DNA of 64,000 nucleotides, taken from the NCBI GenBank assembly GCA_965235115.1, contig OZ249440.1, positions 2,790,001 through 2,854,000 of the forward strand. Reading direction: 5' to 3'. The stretch comes from Laetmonice hystrix (taxonomy: Eukaryota). Under the pieces are notes generated by a model. The model did no database searches and was not told the DNA's origin. It was given only the letters and a program-made list of their open reading frames with translations. The translations under genes and the position numbers were made by a program. Position 1 is the stretch's first letter; each line of letters begins with the position of its first letter. Shown here piece by piece: positions 1 to 12,245 of the stretch.

Positions 1-68
1 TTGTGTCCGTCAGGCTGGGACTTACTTTGTCACTGTCTGTCCTCACCTCACCTCTCAATATGCACTGT

Positions 69-314
69 CAGGGGTAGATTTCGTGTGTGATTTTTTAAGA
101 GTCAGCAGGACTCCCAAGTTGCAAACTTTAGGAGTCCGCCAAAAAATGTGGGAGTCTGCTATACAGGGAATACATTGTGTCTGAATGTAAAAAAAAAAGA
201 CCAATCACAGACGGTGTTATGCCATAATAGTTTGGCCTAAATAATTGAGTAATCAAGCCATGATGGGGGGGGGGGGGAGTCTCGGACTCAGACTCCCGTC
301 GAAATCGACCCCTG
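69..314. mobile_element. MITE (non-autonomous DNA transposon), CAGGGG termini, 5-bp TSD
   Basis: TIRs caggggtagatttcg (69) / cgaaatcgacccctg (to 314) match 14/15; flanked by direct repeat actgt (64-68, 315-319). Confidence 0.8.
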
Positions 315-1426
315 ACTGTAATTGAAAGTCCAATTACCTTATTCTTCCAGAAAGGATTTCAATTTTAGAATCTTGTGATGTCTCACTAATAATATTATTA
401 TTAATATAATATATTGCAAGTAAACTTGAATTATTTTCATTACATGTCCCAACGATCTGGACACTGACACCACATGAATTTTATTCCCTTTATGTGATCC
501 CCAATTACAACACAGTACATGTTATATTCTGCCAGGTCAGAAGGAGTGTGAGTCAGTATGAGGTATGGCTTGTTGACACGACCGTCACCCGTCCCCTAAT
601 CCTGAGGTCTCATGGTACAGGTACAAAATCAATACAGAGTCAGTATGAGGTATGGCTTGTTGACATGACCGTCACCCGTCCCCTAATCCTGAGGTCTCAT
701 GGTACAGGTACAAAATCAATACAGAGTCAGTATCAGGTATGGCTTGTTGACATGACCGTCACCCGTCCCCTAATCCCGAGGTCTCATGGTACAGGTACAA
801 AATCAATACAGAGTCAGTATCAGGTATGGCTTGTTGACATGACCGTCACCCGTCCCCTAATCCCGAGGTCTCATGGTACAGGTACAAAATCAATACAGAG
901 TCAGTATCAGGTATGGCTTGTTGACATGACCGTCACCCGTCCCCTAATCCTGAGGTCTCATGGTACAGGTACAAAATCAATACAGAGTCAGTATCAGGTA
1001 TGGCTTGTTGACATGACCGTCACCCGTCCCCTAATCCTGAGGTCTTACGGTACAGGTACAAAATCAATACAGAGTCAGTATCAGGTATGGCTTGTTGACA
1101 TGACCGTCACCCGTCCCCTAATCCTGAGGTCTCATGGTACAGGTACAAAATCAATACAGAGTCAGTATCAGGTATGGCTTGTTGACATGACCGTCACCCG
1201 TCCCCTAATCCTGAGGTCTCATGGTACAGGTTACAAAATCAATACAGAGTCAGTATCAGGTATGGCTTGTTGACATGACCGTCACCCGTCCCCTAATCAT
1301 GAGGTCTCATGGTACAGGTACAAAATCAATACAGAGTCAGTATCAGGTATGGCTTGTTGACATGACCGTCACCCGTCCCCTAATCGTGAAGTCTCAAGGT
1401 ACAGGTACAAAATCAATACAGAGTCA

Positions 1427-1644
1427 CAGGGCATCCGCCAGAGGGGGGGACGGGGGGGATTTATCCCCCCCATGATTGGGACATGGGGGGGATATCCCCC
1501 CCATAAATCTGCAGAGCAGTGTTTTTTTTTAAGCTATTCTCGCTCTGAGAGGCCAGGAAAACGCATCTCCGGAGTTCATGAAAAAAAATTTCTGGGGGAG
1601 GGCCCCCTGTCCCCCCCATTAATTATTTTCTGGCGGAAACCCTG
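1427..1644. mobile_element. MITE with CAGGG termini, 5-bp TSD, inserted in the 87-bp satellite
   Basis: TIRs cagggcatccgccag / ctggcggaaaccctg match 13/15; TSD agtca (1422-1426, 1645-1649); neighbouring units show the empty site gagtcagtatc. Confidence 0.9.
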
Positions 1645-1969
1645 AGTCAGTATCAGGTATGGCTTGTTGACATGACCGTCACCCGTCCCCTAATCCTGAG
1701 GTCTCATGGTACAGGTACAAAATCAATACAGAGTCAGTATCAGGTATGGCTTGTTGACATGACCGTCACCCGTCCCCTAATCATGAGGTCTCATGGTACA
1801 GGTACAAAATCAATACAGAGTCAGTATCAGGTATGGCTTGTTGACATGACCGTCACCCGTCCCCTAATCCTGAGGTCTCATGGTACAGGTACAAAATCAA
1901 TACAGAGTCAGTATCAGGTGTGGCTTGTTGACATGACCGTCACCCGTCCCCTAATCGTGAGGTCTCATG

Positions 1970-2356
1970 CAGGCCTCGAATTACACGACGGCATCGACGG
2001 CAATTGCCGTCGTGCCCCTTCCATTTGCCGTGGTGCCCTCCTATTTTTTGCACCATCGACGGCAGTCCAGTGCCGTGGTGCCCTTTTCCCTTGCTACCAT
2101 GTGCCCTTCAGCTGTAACCAGCCATCGCCAAATCATCCCTGACATCGATCCCCTAGTGATCACCAACACCACTAACCTAAAGTGTGAAGATTCCTTGTTT
2201 TTCTGTTAAGCCAGACATGCGAGGTTTGGTTTTGGAGAAGTAAATTTGCCGTGGTGCCCTTCTAAACTTGTTGAAAATGCCGTGGTGCCCTCCTTTAAAC
2301 AAGGCCCTCGACGGCAATTTTTGCCGTGCCCCTTTTAACTTCTAATTCGAGGCCTG
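1970..2356. mobile_element. MITE with CAGG termini, 6-bp TSD, inserted in the 87-bp satellite
   Basis: Perfect 14-bp TIRs caggcctcgaatta / taattcgaggcctg; TSD ctcatg (1964-1969, 2357-2362); internal repeats of gccgtggtgccc; empty site gtctcatggtac is visible in other units. Confidence 0.9.
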
Positions 2357-3183
2357 CTCATGGTACAGGTACAAAATCAATACAGAAAACTGGCACACGA
2401 TAAATCAAAGCTGACCTCATGCAGCACTGAAATCAGACAAAGCAAATTATATCAGCACACTTGGCTTATTTATTATGTACACTTCCCTGTCCCATAACTC
2501 CTGCCTAACAAAAGTCCATTGCAGCTTACATAATGTTCTTTACGGTTTCTATCCCTGAAAGTATGTTGAGTGGTGTGAAGTGACTAACCATACCACTTGA
2601 TAGATTATTTTACTTTAATCTGGGGTCAATGTCAATGAAGCAGGAAGCAAACTACCGATTGTTGGGAAATTACCACTATATGTATATTTAACTTAAATCT
2701 GGCGTCAATGAAGCAGGAAGCAAACTAACTGATTGTTGGGAAATTACCTTCCAAGGTTTTTATGAAACGATTCACTTCCTAACTACTGTGTACACCAGAT
2801 AGACACCCGAGAGATACTGAGGTATCATCCAGCTCTGGTGTAAGTGTTCAACACATGAACAACTTGTAATAAGTTTGAATTACCCGGAGTATTCAATGGC
2901 CCACATTCAATTACATTTATAATATCATCACATACAACATGTACATACAAACTAAGAAATAATTTACATTTTTAACTTGGGCATCAACTCTGTTTTCTCA
3001 AAGCAGGACTGTCCGGTCTTTACTGGATTGCAATGACAATACAACAGACCCTCAGGGTAGTCAGGACTAGACTTATAAACATTAAATTTTCTCAGATTAT
3101 CGTGAACAAAAATTCATACATTATATAAAAGGTCTTGTACCCTCTTACTCACTGTGAGGTGTTAAATAATGACAGTTTTATCA

Positions 3184-3605
3184 CAGCGGCAGATCCAGAA
3201 AGTGGGTTCAGATCAAACTTTATACTATGGCAGTGGTTGACGCATATGGATGGGTCATGTGACTGCAATACTGGATTCCTATTGGATGATGTCTTATGCC
3301 AATTGGCAAAATAGTGGATTATCTAATTAGCGCCTAATTAACAAACCAATTTGAGACTACTAAACTAATGTTTACTAACCTTAGGCCTAACCTTAATCCT
3401 AACCCAAACATATTGTTTCGTGTTGGTAATTAGTCAAACTCATTTTAACTTATTTTGACAGAATTCCAGCAAAATAACCACTGCGTAAAATTACCAAAAA
3501 TTTCTAAATCGGCCAATGGACCCACCCTCTACCTTCAGCCTTTGACAGATCTGGCCCATTAGAACCCCGTAACCCCATTTCATAGAATTCCTGGATCTGC
3601 CCCTG
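3184..3605. mobile_element. MITE with CAG termini, 5-bp TSD, 40 bp inside RNF103 intron 1
   Basis: TIRs cagcggcagatccag / ctggatctgcccctg match 14/15; TSD tatca (3179-3183, 3606-3610). Confidence 0.8.
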
Positions 3606-3645
3606 TATCAGTGGTCAGTTGATGAATGCCCACCTGAGTTCTCAC

Positions 3646-3871
3646 CTGAAGAGTCCACCAGCTCGGTAAGTTCTTGTTTTTCTACCACCCCGGCATAGCT
3701 GACACCGCGTTGATCAAGGATAGTTTTCAGCTTGCGAACACTGAGTGTGACAGGATCCAGGAGTCTGGAGGCGAGGTAGCCGCTGTCATAGTATGACACA
3801 GCCTCCAGTATACGGGAGAGAATGAAGAGTACCGTTAGGTAGAGGGTAAGGAGAAGTAACTTCCACCACAT
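3646..3871 (-). CDS. RNF103: E3 ubiquitin-protein ligase RNF103, first coding exon (rest of gene not identified, probably left of window)
   Basis: MWWKLLLLTLYLTVLFILSRILEAVSYYDSGYLASRLLDPVTLSVRKLKTILDQRGVSYAGVVEKQELTELVDSS closely matches the RNF103 N-terminus as I recall it (MWLKLFFLLLYFLVLFVLARFFEA...DPVALSFKKLKTILECRG). The 226-nt exon ends in a TCAG|gtgag donor at 3645. Confidence 0.88.
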
Positions 3872-4958
3872 GTTTGGGTGTGGTGGGGGTGGGGCAGGGA
3901 GAGGTCAGTGAGGGCGGGTTGTGACTTTGTGTCAGACCGCCGCTGTCAGACCGCCGCTGTCAGACCTACACCCCGACCCGCGGTCACGGGCGGACAGTAG
4001 GCGGGCCTCGCGCTAACACACACTGTCTCTAGCCCATCAGTACTCCCTCCAGTAAACCTTCCTAACTCCCTGCTCACTGTATCGGTGGTCAACACAAGGC
4101 TAGCGTCTGGTTTCTCAACCAGCGGTTCGTTCTCATGGCAGTGGGGCGCCGTCTAGTCCCTTTAAACTATTGTTGATGTTGTGAATCGGCCGACCCTATC
4201 CGCCCCCACTGACACGTCGTTCACCGCGCACTTACTTCACGTAACCACACCCACTGCTTACTCCAACCATGTGACAATGGTGCTGTAGGTATCAACAGGC
4301 CACAGTCCACTTCGACCCCCACCAACTTCAGTGTATGCACACCTGAGAGCGACATAAACCGACGTAGAATCCACACCCGTCTGCGACCTACTCTCTCAGA
4401 TGGCCCACCAAAATGGCAGAGGTGAAGGCTTGTCACGTGATCTGGGTATTTACTGCTTTAGTTCAATGGTCACTCGTCAGAGGGCGCCACCATACACTCG
4501 CGCGAGACATTGCAGACTCACCTTATTAGAACTTCGCGGACTCATTTTGACACGATAGGAACCTTCTAGGAGTAAATTAATGTTTTAGTGTCCTGATAAA
4601 AACATAACCATAAATACCACATTTTTATCCTTAGGTCCTTTTTTGTTGTAAATACCTGGCCTTACATTGAAAGCATCTGCATACCCAATGGCAATGAGAA
4701 TATATTAGCAAGATCTCCATGGAGATAAAATAATAAAATAAAGTTACTGTCAATGAAATCATTATTCGCTATAATTCTCGGCTTTAAGTGGTTATGTAGG
4801 CAAGTTTAGAATATGTTTTTATATTATGATAGTCCTGACCTGGGCTAGATGCTGGGCCTTGGGTTATATCAAAACATGACCAGTTTTTGGCACACTGTGA
4901 ATAACAAACACAATATACAAAAGACGTTTCAACAAATTTACTGAACATGTAAGAAATG

Positions 4959-5666
4959 TCATACACGTTTTTGTATCTTTATTAGTTTATATTCGGTGCC
5001 CTGAAAATCTGGAGGATGCCTATCTTTAGGAACATCAGTGGCAAAAAGTGAATAGTTTTTCAACATCTCAAAGAACACTTCTTCTCCGAGTCCACGTCTT
5101 TTGTATGATATCAGGATAGTGGTTGATTCTCCACTGAGGGTATCCAATGTTTTAATTAAATCTTTCACAGCGGCTGGATGATATATAATATCTGATCCTA
5201 AGATAACGTCAAAGGGTTCAGTGAACTTCTGACAATCCTCCGATCCCCACAACAAACTCTCCGTTCTGATCCTGCTGCCACCTGCATCTCCTCTCTTCTC
5301 ATTAAACCTAGCCATATTGTGGTCAAGGCACTTTTGGGTGTGAATTAATGTTTCTTTGAGATCAGTCAAAATCACATTGGCATTTTGTAACCACGCAACC
5401 ATCCCAACAAGTCCACATCCAGCTCCAAGCTCAAGGCAATTTTTCCCAGTCCAGAATCCTTGTGGAAAGTCTGTTTTGTTTTCCAGATAGCGAGCCAGGA
5501 GGTATGCACCGTCCCAAAGCTTCAGTCCCGTGTTTTTAGTTACATCCACCTCTATCTCTGTGTCTTGGAGAATCTCAACTGTCCATCCTTGAAACGAAAA
5601 CTGCTGGTTGGGCATCGATTTACGGTTGATTCTTGGGTTGTTGTAGGTCCACGGAACCAGTGCCAT
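4959..5666 (-). CDS. METTL21-family (Methyltransf_16) protein-lysine N-methyltransferase, intronless CDS, 235 aa
   Basis: Class I SAM-MTase motifs: LWDGAYLLARYL, motif I LELGAGCGLVG, post-I VILTD, motif II FDVILGSDIIY. First ATG is at 5666 (the track start at 5675 is TTG). The paralogue (A/B/C/D) cannot be assigned by eye. Confidence 0.9.
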   Translation of the reverse strand: MALVPWTYNNPRINRKSMPNQQFSFQGWTVEILQDTEIEVDVTKNTGLKLWDGAYLLARYLENKTDFPQGFWTGKNCLELGAGCGLVGMVAWLQNANVILTDLKETLIHTQKCLDHNMARFNEKRGDAGGSRIRTESLLWGSEDCQKFTEPFDVILGSDIIYHPAAVKDLIKTLDTLSGESTTILISYKRRGLGEEVFFEMLKNYSLFATDVPKDRHPPDFQGTEYKLIKIQKRV

Positions 5667-5849
5667 ACTTGGCAAGTCACCTAGTCCTATAACAATCTGT
5701 AAAGGAGTATGTATGTACAGGAATCCATTAGATTTAACGGTAGGAAACTAAAACTAAAAGCTGTTGTAGTGCTGGCTTTAGTTTTGCCCCAAACTTGGGG
5801 CCAAAGGCCAAGCGCATGTTGTGAGCGATAATACAAGTACCATACTATA

Positions 5850-6098
5850 CACGCGCAGCGATCTGAGAAAAAGCACCTCTCAAACTTTGCTACCATTACC
5901 TATAAATATTAACGCGAACTTAGGAGTTAAAAAGTCACCAAAACAACTTTTTCACTCAGTAATAACTTATTGTTAACCTCACAAGAGCTCCGGGACAAGT
6001 CAGCGGGTTGTCTCAGTCCCAGTTTCTGCCGCTAGGCGGCTTCGTAAACTAACACCAGGTGGCGCCAGGTCTGTGCCCGCCAGTCCCGACCGACAGAA
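5850..6098. promoter_or_regulatory. Candidate bidirectional promoter between the METTL21-like gene (-) and SPATA24 (+)
   Basis: Divergent start codons are only 432 bp apart; GC-richer stretch containing CTCF-like caccaggtggcgc at 6053-6065. TSSs not determined. Confidence 0.5.
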
Positions 6099-7544
6099 AT
6101 GGAGGCCGAGGAAAGTGACCTACCACAACATGAGCTCCATGTCCCCGCGCCAAGCTTCCCACCCGCACAGTTCATCGTCCAGCAACAACTGCAAGATGTC
6201 ATACTCACTCAGCAGGCAGCGTATGAAAAGTTGAAGAAATCGGTACGTGCCCGGCTCAATGCAGCCGTTCTTGTTGGATACAATGGTGAATGTTTACACA
6301 AGACAAGTTGAAACAAATCGCACTGACTCCGAACTGCCCCCTGGAGAAGTTGGCTGAACTGCCAATAGAGGCCGCCACTTTCCCTAACTTTGAGACAGCA
6401 CTCGCCGTGTGCAGTATATATTATAAATATTATAAGAAAGAGTTGTGTCAGACAATGTATCGTGTTTATTGGTTGAGGAGAAAATAAGAAAGTTATTTTT
6501 TCTATGTCATTCCCTCAGATTGAAGGCCAAGGAGAAGTTGTGCCCCTGAAGCAATATGAGTCGTTGTTGAAATTATTTGAGGTGAGTTAACTAAGTCCTA
6601 GATCATAGACAACATGTCATAGATTTTTTTTTAAATTCTATCATTTGTGCAGATCACTGACGTTTAAATTTTTTTTTTTTTATAAAAACATAAAACAAGT
6701 GTTTGTTTTCCCAACAGGATGAACAGGTGGCCCATGCAAAAACGCAGAGCAGACTTCTAGACGTTGAAGACAAACTCGAATTTGCTCTTGGAGAAATTGA
6801 AATTCTGAAAAAACAGATTGAAAGGGAAAAAACCCAGTTTCAGAAAGCGTAAGTAGGGCCTACTTGGTATCAATGCGTTCTTGATCCTTGAGGGTCATCA
6901 GTGATAAAGTACAGACAATTAATGTTAAAGATGGTGCTTGAAATTTTATGGCGAGATTTTTGAAATTGGATGTTTCAGATTTGGGGTGCTGAAGACCAAG
7001 GCATTAAAGGAGTCGTGCAAGAACGTAGAACTTGAGGATAAATGTGGAGGTGAGAAAAGTGGTTCACTCCTATTGCTCCTGGATTATTTTTTAGCACTTT
7101 TACTTTTTTTTCAATCATTTGTATGTTTTTGAAAGTTGTAAGCGAATTTGAATTGTCTCCCTGTCGACCTTTGTTCCTCCCTCCCCAGTCTACCACTCAC
7201 ACACATGGAAAGTTATGACTGGAGACTTAGTCAAGCCACGTTGTCCAATATTTTAAATGATATGATTTGAAATGTTCTGATTTATAGGTTTTTGAGAATT
7301 TATTTCTGTTTCAGCTATTGAAAAGCACGTTGAGGTTACACAAGATTGTTTGAGTGAAAAGGAAGCACAGATTGCCAGTCTTACTGACCAGCTACAACGT
7401 CAGTCAGTTCATTATGAGCGACAGGTTAGTGAGTTAACAATCCAGCGTATGCAAGACGCATACATCAACCGTACTCTCGCCGATACTTCCTCAAGGTCAG
7501 CAAGAGGTCAACGAAAGCAGCCCAACCAGAGCAGAAAGTCTTGA
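6099..7544 (+). CDS. SPATA24: Spermatogenesis-associated protein 24 orthologue (coiled coil), 5 exons, 212 aa
   Basis: Exons 6099-6242, 6519-6581, 6718-6848, 6979-7049, 7315-7544; all introns GT-AG, 639 nt in frame. DEQVAHAKTQSRLLDVEDKLEFALGEIEILKKQIEREKTQFQKA matches recalled SPATA24 EEKAAHAKTKVLLAKEEEKLQFALGEVEVLSKQLEKEKLAFEKA. AATAAA at 7622-7627. Confidence 0.88.
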
Positions 7545-10495
7545 CGTTGTGCGAAGTTATTTTTGTATGCTTATAGTCTCTTCAAGTTTGTAATCATGTA
7601 TTCTATGGATCATTTAATGATAATAAAATTCAATATCTATTTGAAGGACTTCCATGTCGACTTTTAATTCACATAATTTCTAACTTCATTTAATTTAGTG
7701 TAATCTATCACTGTCTTCATCCTTGTAATTTGGGGAATGGCCTTTCATGACAGACGAGGTAGACAGACATGAGCTGTTGCACAGTTTTATTGAGGGAAAT
7801 GTAGACACACCAACCGTTGAAGGACCTGATGTTGGTCTCGCCTCCATTCTGTCATGGGTACACGCATAGTGTGCCGTGAACGTCGAGTGACCATGATCAG
7901 GACATTAGATCAGATACCATCAAGTGTACGATACCTTCACACTGTCCACTTCCAGTTTACATATCAACAATTTATATCCGCTTTCTCTTAATCGCATCAT
8001 TTTCTTCTCTACTGAACTTTGAGAAATACTATAAAAGGGCATGCCCCTCAATGTTTTCAACATCCGAATGGTACAGCATCTTTCCTGTTTTAGTCTACAT
8101 TAAACTAGCTTTCCTAAAATGTTTTACAATGATTGAAACGTACACATTCACATGCGCAGACAACTCATTTCCATCATACTTGCCAAAATGCCCCAAACTG
8201 CCTAAGACTGGTGAGAATTTGAAAAGTCTAGTAATGACATAAGTTTTAACTACGATGCCTGTCAAGGGTTGAGAAGATCTGAAGTGGCTACATTTCCCAT
8301 GGTGCACAGCGCTAGAAGGGCAGGAGAGAGCTGCAAGCTCACGCAGCACAATCTTCATCCAACATTATATCATTGAAACATTGTTCAGACACACACTTGA
8401 GTCAGAGAAAGAAAAGTAAACGGACATTTTACTCTGGCGCTGACCAGTGGGATATCAGGCTGTGTGTACGCCTACCCTCGTATCATTATAATAATTGTAA
8501 TGACATCTTCATTGGCTGTCCACGAGGTTATCCTCATATACCGGGTACTTGGAGAAAATACGACATCCTCATCCACCTAAACTAGGTCACGAGGCAATGA
8601 AAACAAATACAAAATGTCGAATGCAACAAGCAGGTTATTATATAACAAGGGCGTCTACCATGTTAGCTTGGCTCTAGCAGCAGCAGCTGTAGAACCACTC
8701 GCCATGTTAGCTTGGCTCTAGCAGCAGCAGCTGTAGAACCACTCGCAATCCATCGATCACCTATAGGGCCTACCAGGCAGTGCGAGGTGCCCCGCCCGAG
8801 CTTTGAGAGGAACTCTGTTTGACCTTGGGTTCACAACGTCACACCTTCCCATCAAACCTCAGAGGGTGGTAAACCTCGGGACAGGTAAGTCTTGACCTTG
8901 TGGGACAGGGACGGCAGGGTCATAGCAAACACTTGGGTCTACTGTGAGCAAACACTGACAACTAAACCAACCCCGCTATGTTTCTAGTTTGGCAGAATTC
9001 TCCCCGTACCTAGACTACCTCTGCCTACTGACACACCAGCCATGCTAGAAGCTACGAGAGGCATTGGTCGGAAACGTCCATGTAAACCAGCCAAACTTCC
9101 TGGTTAAAAAGCTTCAAGCCAACATCAGGTCAATTTACTTGGACAACACTTCCTGTGATAAACTTGTCTGTAGGTAAACCGGAATACTGCTACTTTCTTC
9201 TTTAATCTACACCTCAAACACTTCAATTCTCGTTCTGATCAGGGTCCAATAATACAGATCAAAAAGTTGCGATAATTGCCAAATGACCTTGTAGTACGTT
9301 CTCAACACTTGTCAACAGGATGCACTACTTCAGCTATGGGCATGACTTGCATAGATCGGGGTCCAGTTCCTACATTGTTTCGTAAAGCCAGGGGTTTGGA
9401 AGACCAACATGTCAGCAGTATAAAAATGTTTATTGTTTCTACGGTCAACAAGTTAAAAACATGAGCTGGCCTAGTCAGTGAATTATAGATGGGCAACTAG
9501 GGTTTGACTGGCGCTCTGCAATATAGGCCCTACTCCAAACTATCGCTATGCACATAAATGCAATCATAATAACGAAGACAACCACGCCACAGGATAAGTT
9601 GACTAAAATCTACATGCCAAGAACATATGATAGAATTGTGAACACCACACTGACAGCCATTGTTCCTGCAGTGACAAATTAACAAGACTTGTAGAATAAT
9701 TGTACGCTACTCATTCCAAACACTTGAATCGAGCTATAATTGAACACATGCCTCATTTTTTCATTCGGAGTAAATTTAGGTAACACTACCTAAGTTCAGA
9801 CTGCAGATCAAGATTTTGCGTCTCTTTCATAACTGGACTTCAACATGTTGAAAGTGTGATTTCCATGTAGATCAAAGCTATGGTTCAATACCAGGTACTG
9901 TGCCTTGCGTGTAGGAGGGTAAATACACACAAGATAAATCCAACCATTCAATCCACCCAGGTCTTATACACGTCAGAGGAGAAGGTGGCCCTAAAAATAG
10001 TTCCTTTAATCTCTTTGACAATATACCATATGAAAAGGCCATTCTCTTCTACGTGTTGTTATCACTAGCAGTCTGGTTCAGCTATGAATCCATTACATAT
10101 CCCTTGTCAAAGTGTTTGCACGATGGACCAAACGGTTGAGGAAATGCTAGAAAGCATAGATCATGTTGCACTGCAATAACTGGACACAAATAAGCAGTTT
10201 TGAGGTGCTGAAAGTATAACATACAAATCCATCATTCATTTTCCTACCCAAGTCAGGTAGAAAAATCCCTCATCACTCCCGTACAACTAACTACATGTAC
10301 TCCTCGGGGGTTTGGTATCCCTGGGCTAGGATGGAACGTTTGGTAGCTTATGTTTTAGTCCCTCAGTACGAGCTCGTGTTGGGTCGGAGCTCGTCAGTCT
10401 GGCTACCTGTAGTTGGGAGGATCCCGGGTTTGTACACAGCCGGGCCGGTCAATGGAAGGACAGCTCGGCTGAGTGCTATCTGCTGGTTGGTTGAC

Positions 10496-12245
10496 TCAGA
10501 GCGAGTACTCGAGTAGCGTGCTGTAGGATGCCTTGACTGAACCGTAGTTGGCACAGAGAGCTGCCTTGCTCTCCCGACCCCAGTGTTTCTCCATAAACAC
10601 TTCTCCTTCCCATGTCGTTGTCGGCTTCTGCTCCAGCTGGGTCCAGTCTTCTCCCACAACCACCGCCACGGCGTTTGCCTTCGGTACATCTACTCGGAAC
10701 GCCACGTACTGGTAGCTGGACGCTGACCCTTTCGACGGTCGGTTGGCGGTCAGCTGGCCCTCTAGTGGCTCGTGTAGGAAGCAGCCTTCCTTCCATTGGC
10801 CGTACTGCTTCGGGAAGGGAATCAACGTAGCGTAAGTCATGTGGCAGGCTATCAGGTAGTTGTAGACACCAGGCAGGCTCTCGGAGGTGTCTGAGTATGG
10901 CAGTGCATACACTTGGAACTTGTACATTCCCATCTTGGGCAGCTTGATGTTGAAGATGACATTGTTGTCCCGGCCGAGCTGCAGGATGTAGTCGGAGAAG
11001 TCCTCGTTCTTGTTGCCGGAGACGTAGATAAGTTGTGACGTCATCCGGAGAGGTTGGTTCATGGCGAACGATACTTGAAGATCGCCGTTGTCTGACTGGA
11101 TGTACGGGTCGTTGTGACTGGTAGTCGCCAGTCCCAGCTTCTTGAAGGATGGCTGGGGACCGAGGTAACCAGGGGGTAGGACAGGAAGTGGTTCTACAGC
11201 TCCCTTAATCTCCTGACAAATGATCAGGTACTGGTAGGCGTGATACAACGAGTTGCCATCAGCTTCAGGATCATTGGCGTAGATCTCCAACCCATACTCT
11301 CCGACACCTGGGGCATTGATTGTGAACACAGCCAGGTCTCCAACAACACGGTGCATGATGTATCCTGCTAGAGCTTTCTCATCTTGCTCGTTGCTCTTTA
11401 GTTTGGCCGTAAAGCGCAGATCCTTGGGCAGCCGGAACTTGACCTCAGCCTGGCCGTTGACAGTGCTGAAGATGGCGCCACGCTGCATTGGTGTGATGTT
11501 GTACTTGTGTGCACTGTCTCCAGGTCCCCACGAGGTGTGAACGCATGGCGGGAACGGTTGTGGGCGTGGTGGGGAGGATTCAGCGATCACCTCATACTCA
11601 CACACCCCACCGTAAACTCCCTCCTTGGTGGCTTGTGTGAGATCCTTGGCGTACAGGATCAGACGGTAGGACCCAGCCTCAGGGGGTCGGATGGTGAAGA
11701 AGGACACGTTGTCAAGCATCTCCTGCATCCCGAAACGATTGAGTTTGGTGTTCTTGTACTCCTCTCTGCCATCGTCATAGGACAATGTGAATGTGAACGC
11801 CAGCGAGTTGGCCTTGAAGGGTGGACAACCGACACGGATCGTCACCTCCCGAGTGGTGTGGATGACCGCTTCACGGTGGCTCAGGATCTGAAGGCCGTAC
11901 TTGAAGAACGCAGACTTCACAGGTACCAGGTTCTCAAAGTCTGACAGCGAGATGGGGCGCTCAAGGAGCTGCCAGCTGGGGTCGTCCGGGAAATGAGTGA
12001 AGATGAGCTGATGAGGATCAGGCATGAAGTAGTACTCGTCCAATTCGTAACGCACGTTTTCAGCTGTCACCTTCTTGCCCACCAGTCGGCGCGCAGCCCA
12101 GTGGCAGTCAACGAGTCGCCACGCCCCGTTGACAAGGACCGCGTTCCACGAGTGCTGGCCCTGCTCACCAGTGAACTTCATCCCTGGTTTGTACTCGGCA
12201 CCCTTGGCGTACCCACTGATTGTCTTACAGTGGAGGCCGGCGTAA
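10496..12245 (-). CDS. Terminal exon: TG-like core of module 2 plus KY-type Ig-like repeats
   Basis: ttccag| acceptor (phase 2); SYAGLHCKTISGYAKG...HSWNAVLVNGAWRLVDCHW, then repeated Ig-like units (GSYRLILYA, GEYGLEIYA, GMYKFQVYA); TGA at 10496. Confidence 0.92.

Larger units (their letters stand above)
550..2386. repeat. 87-bp tandem satellite (~14 units) interrupted by two MITEs
   Basis: Unit gagtcagtatcaggtatggcttgttgacatgaccgtcacccgtcccctaatcctgaggtctcatggtacaggtacaaaatcaataca is repeated almost identically; it explains the 29-aa periodic ORFs at 494, 1221 and 1672. Lies in RNF103 intron 1. Confidence 0.95.

Noticed and set aside
494-2142. 259/84/156-aa ORFs with a 29-aa repeat
   Set aside because: Translations of the 87-bp satellite; the frame shifts at a 1-bp indel and MITEs interrupt it; it lies antisense in an RNF103 intron.
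1-3645. Downstream RNF103 exons
   Set aside because: No minus-strand segment matching the expected next exon (FYELVEDTKDGIWLVQ-like) was found; probably outside the window.
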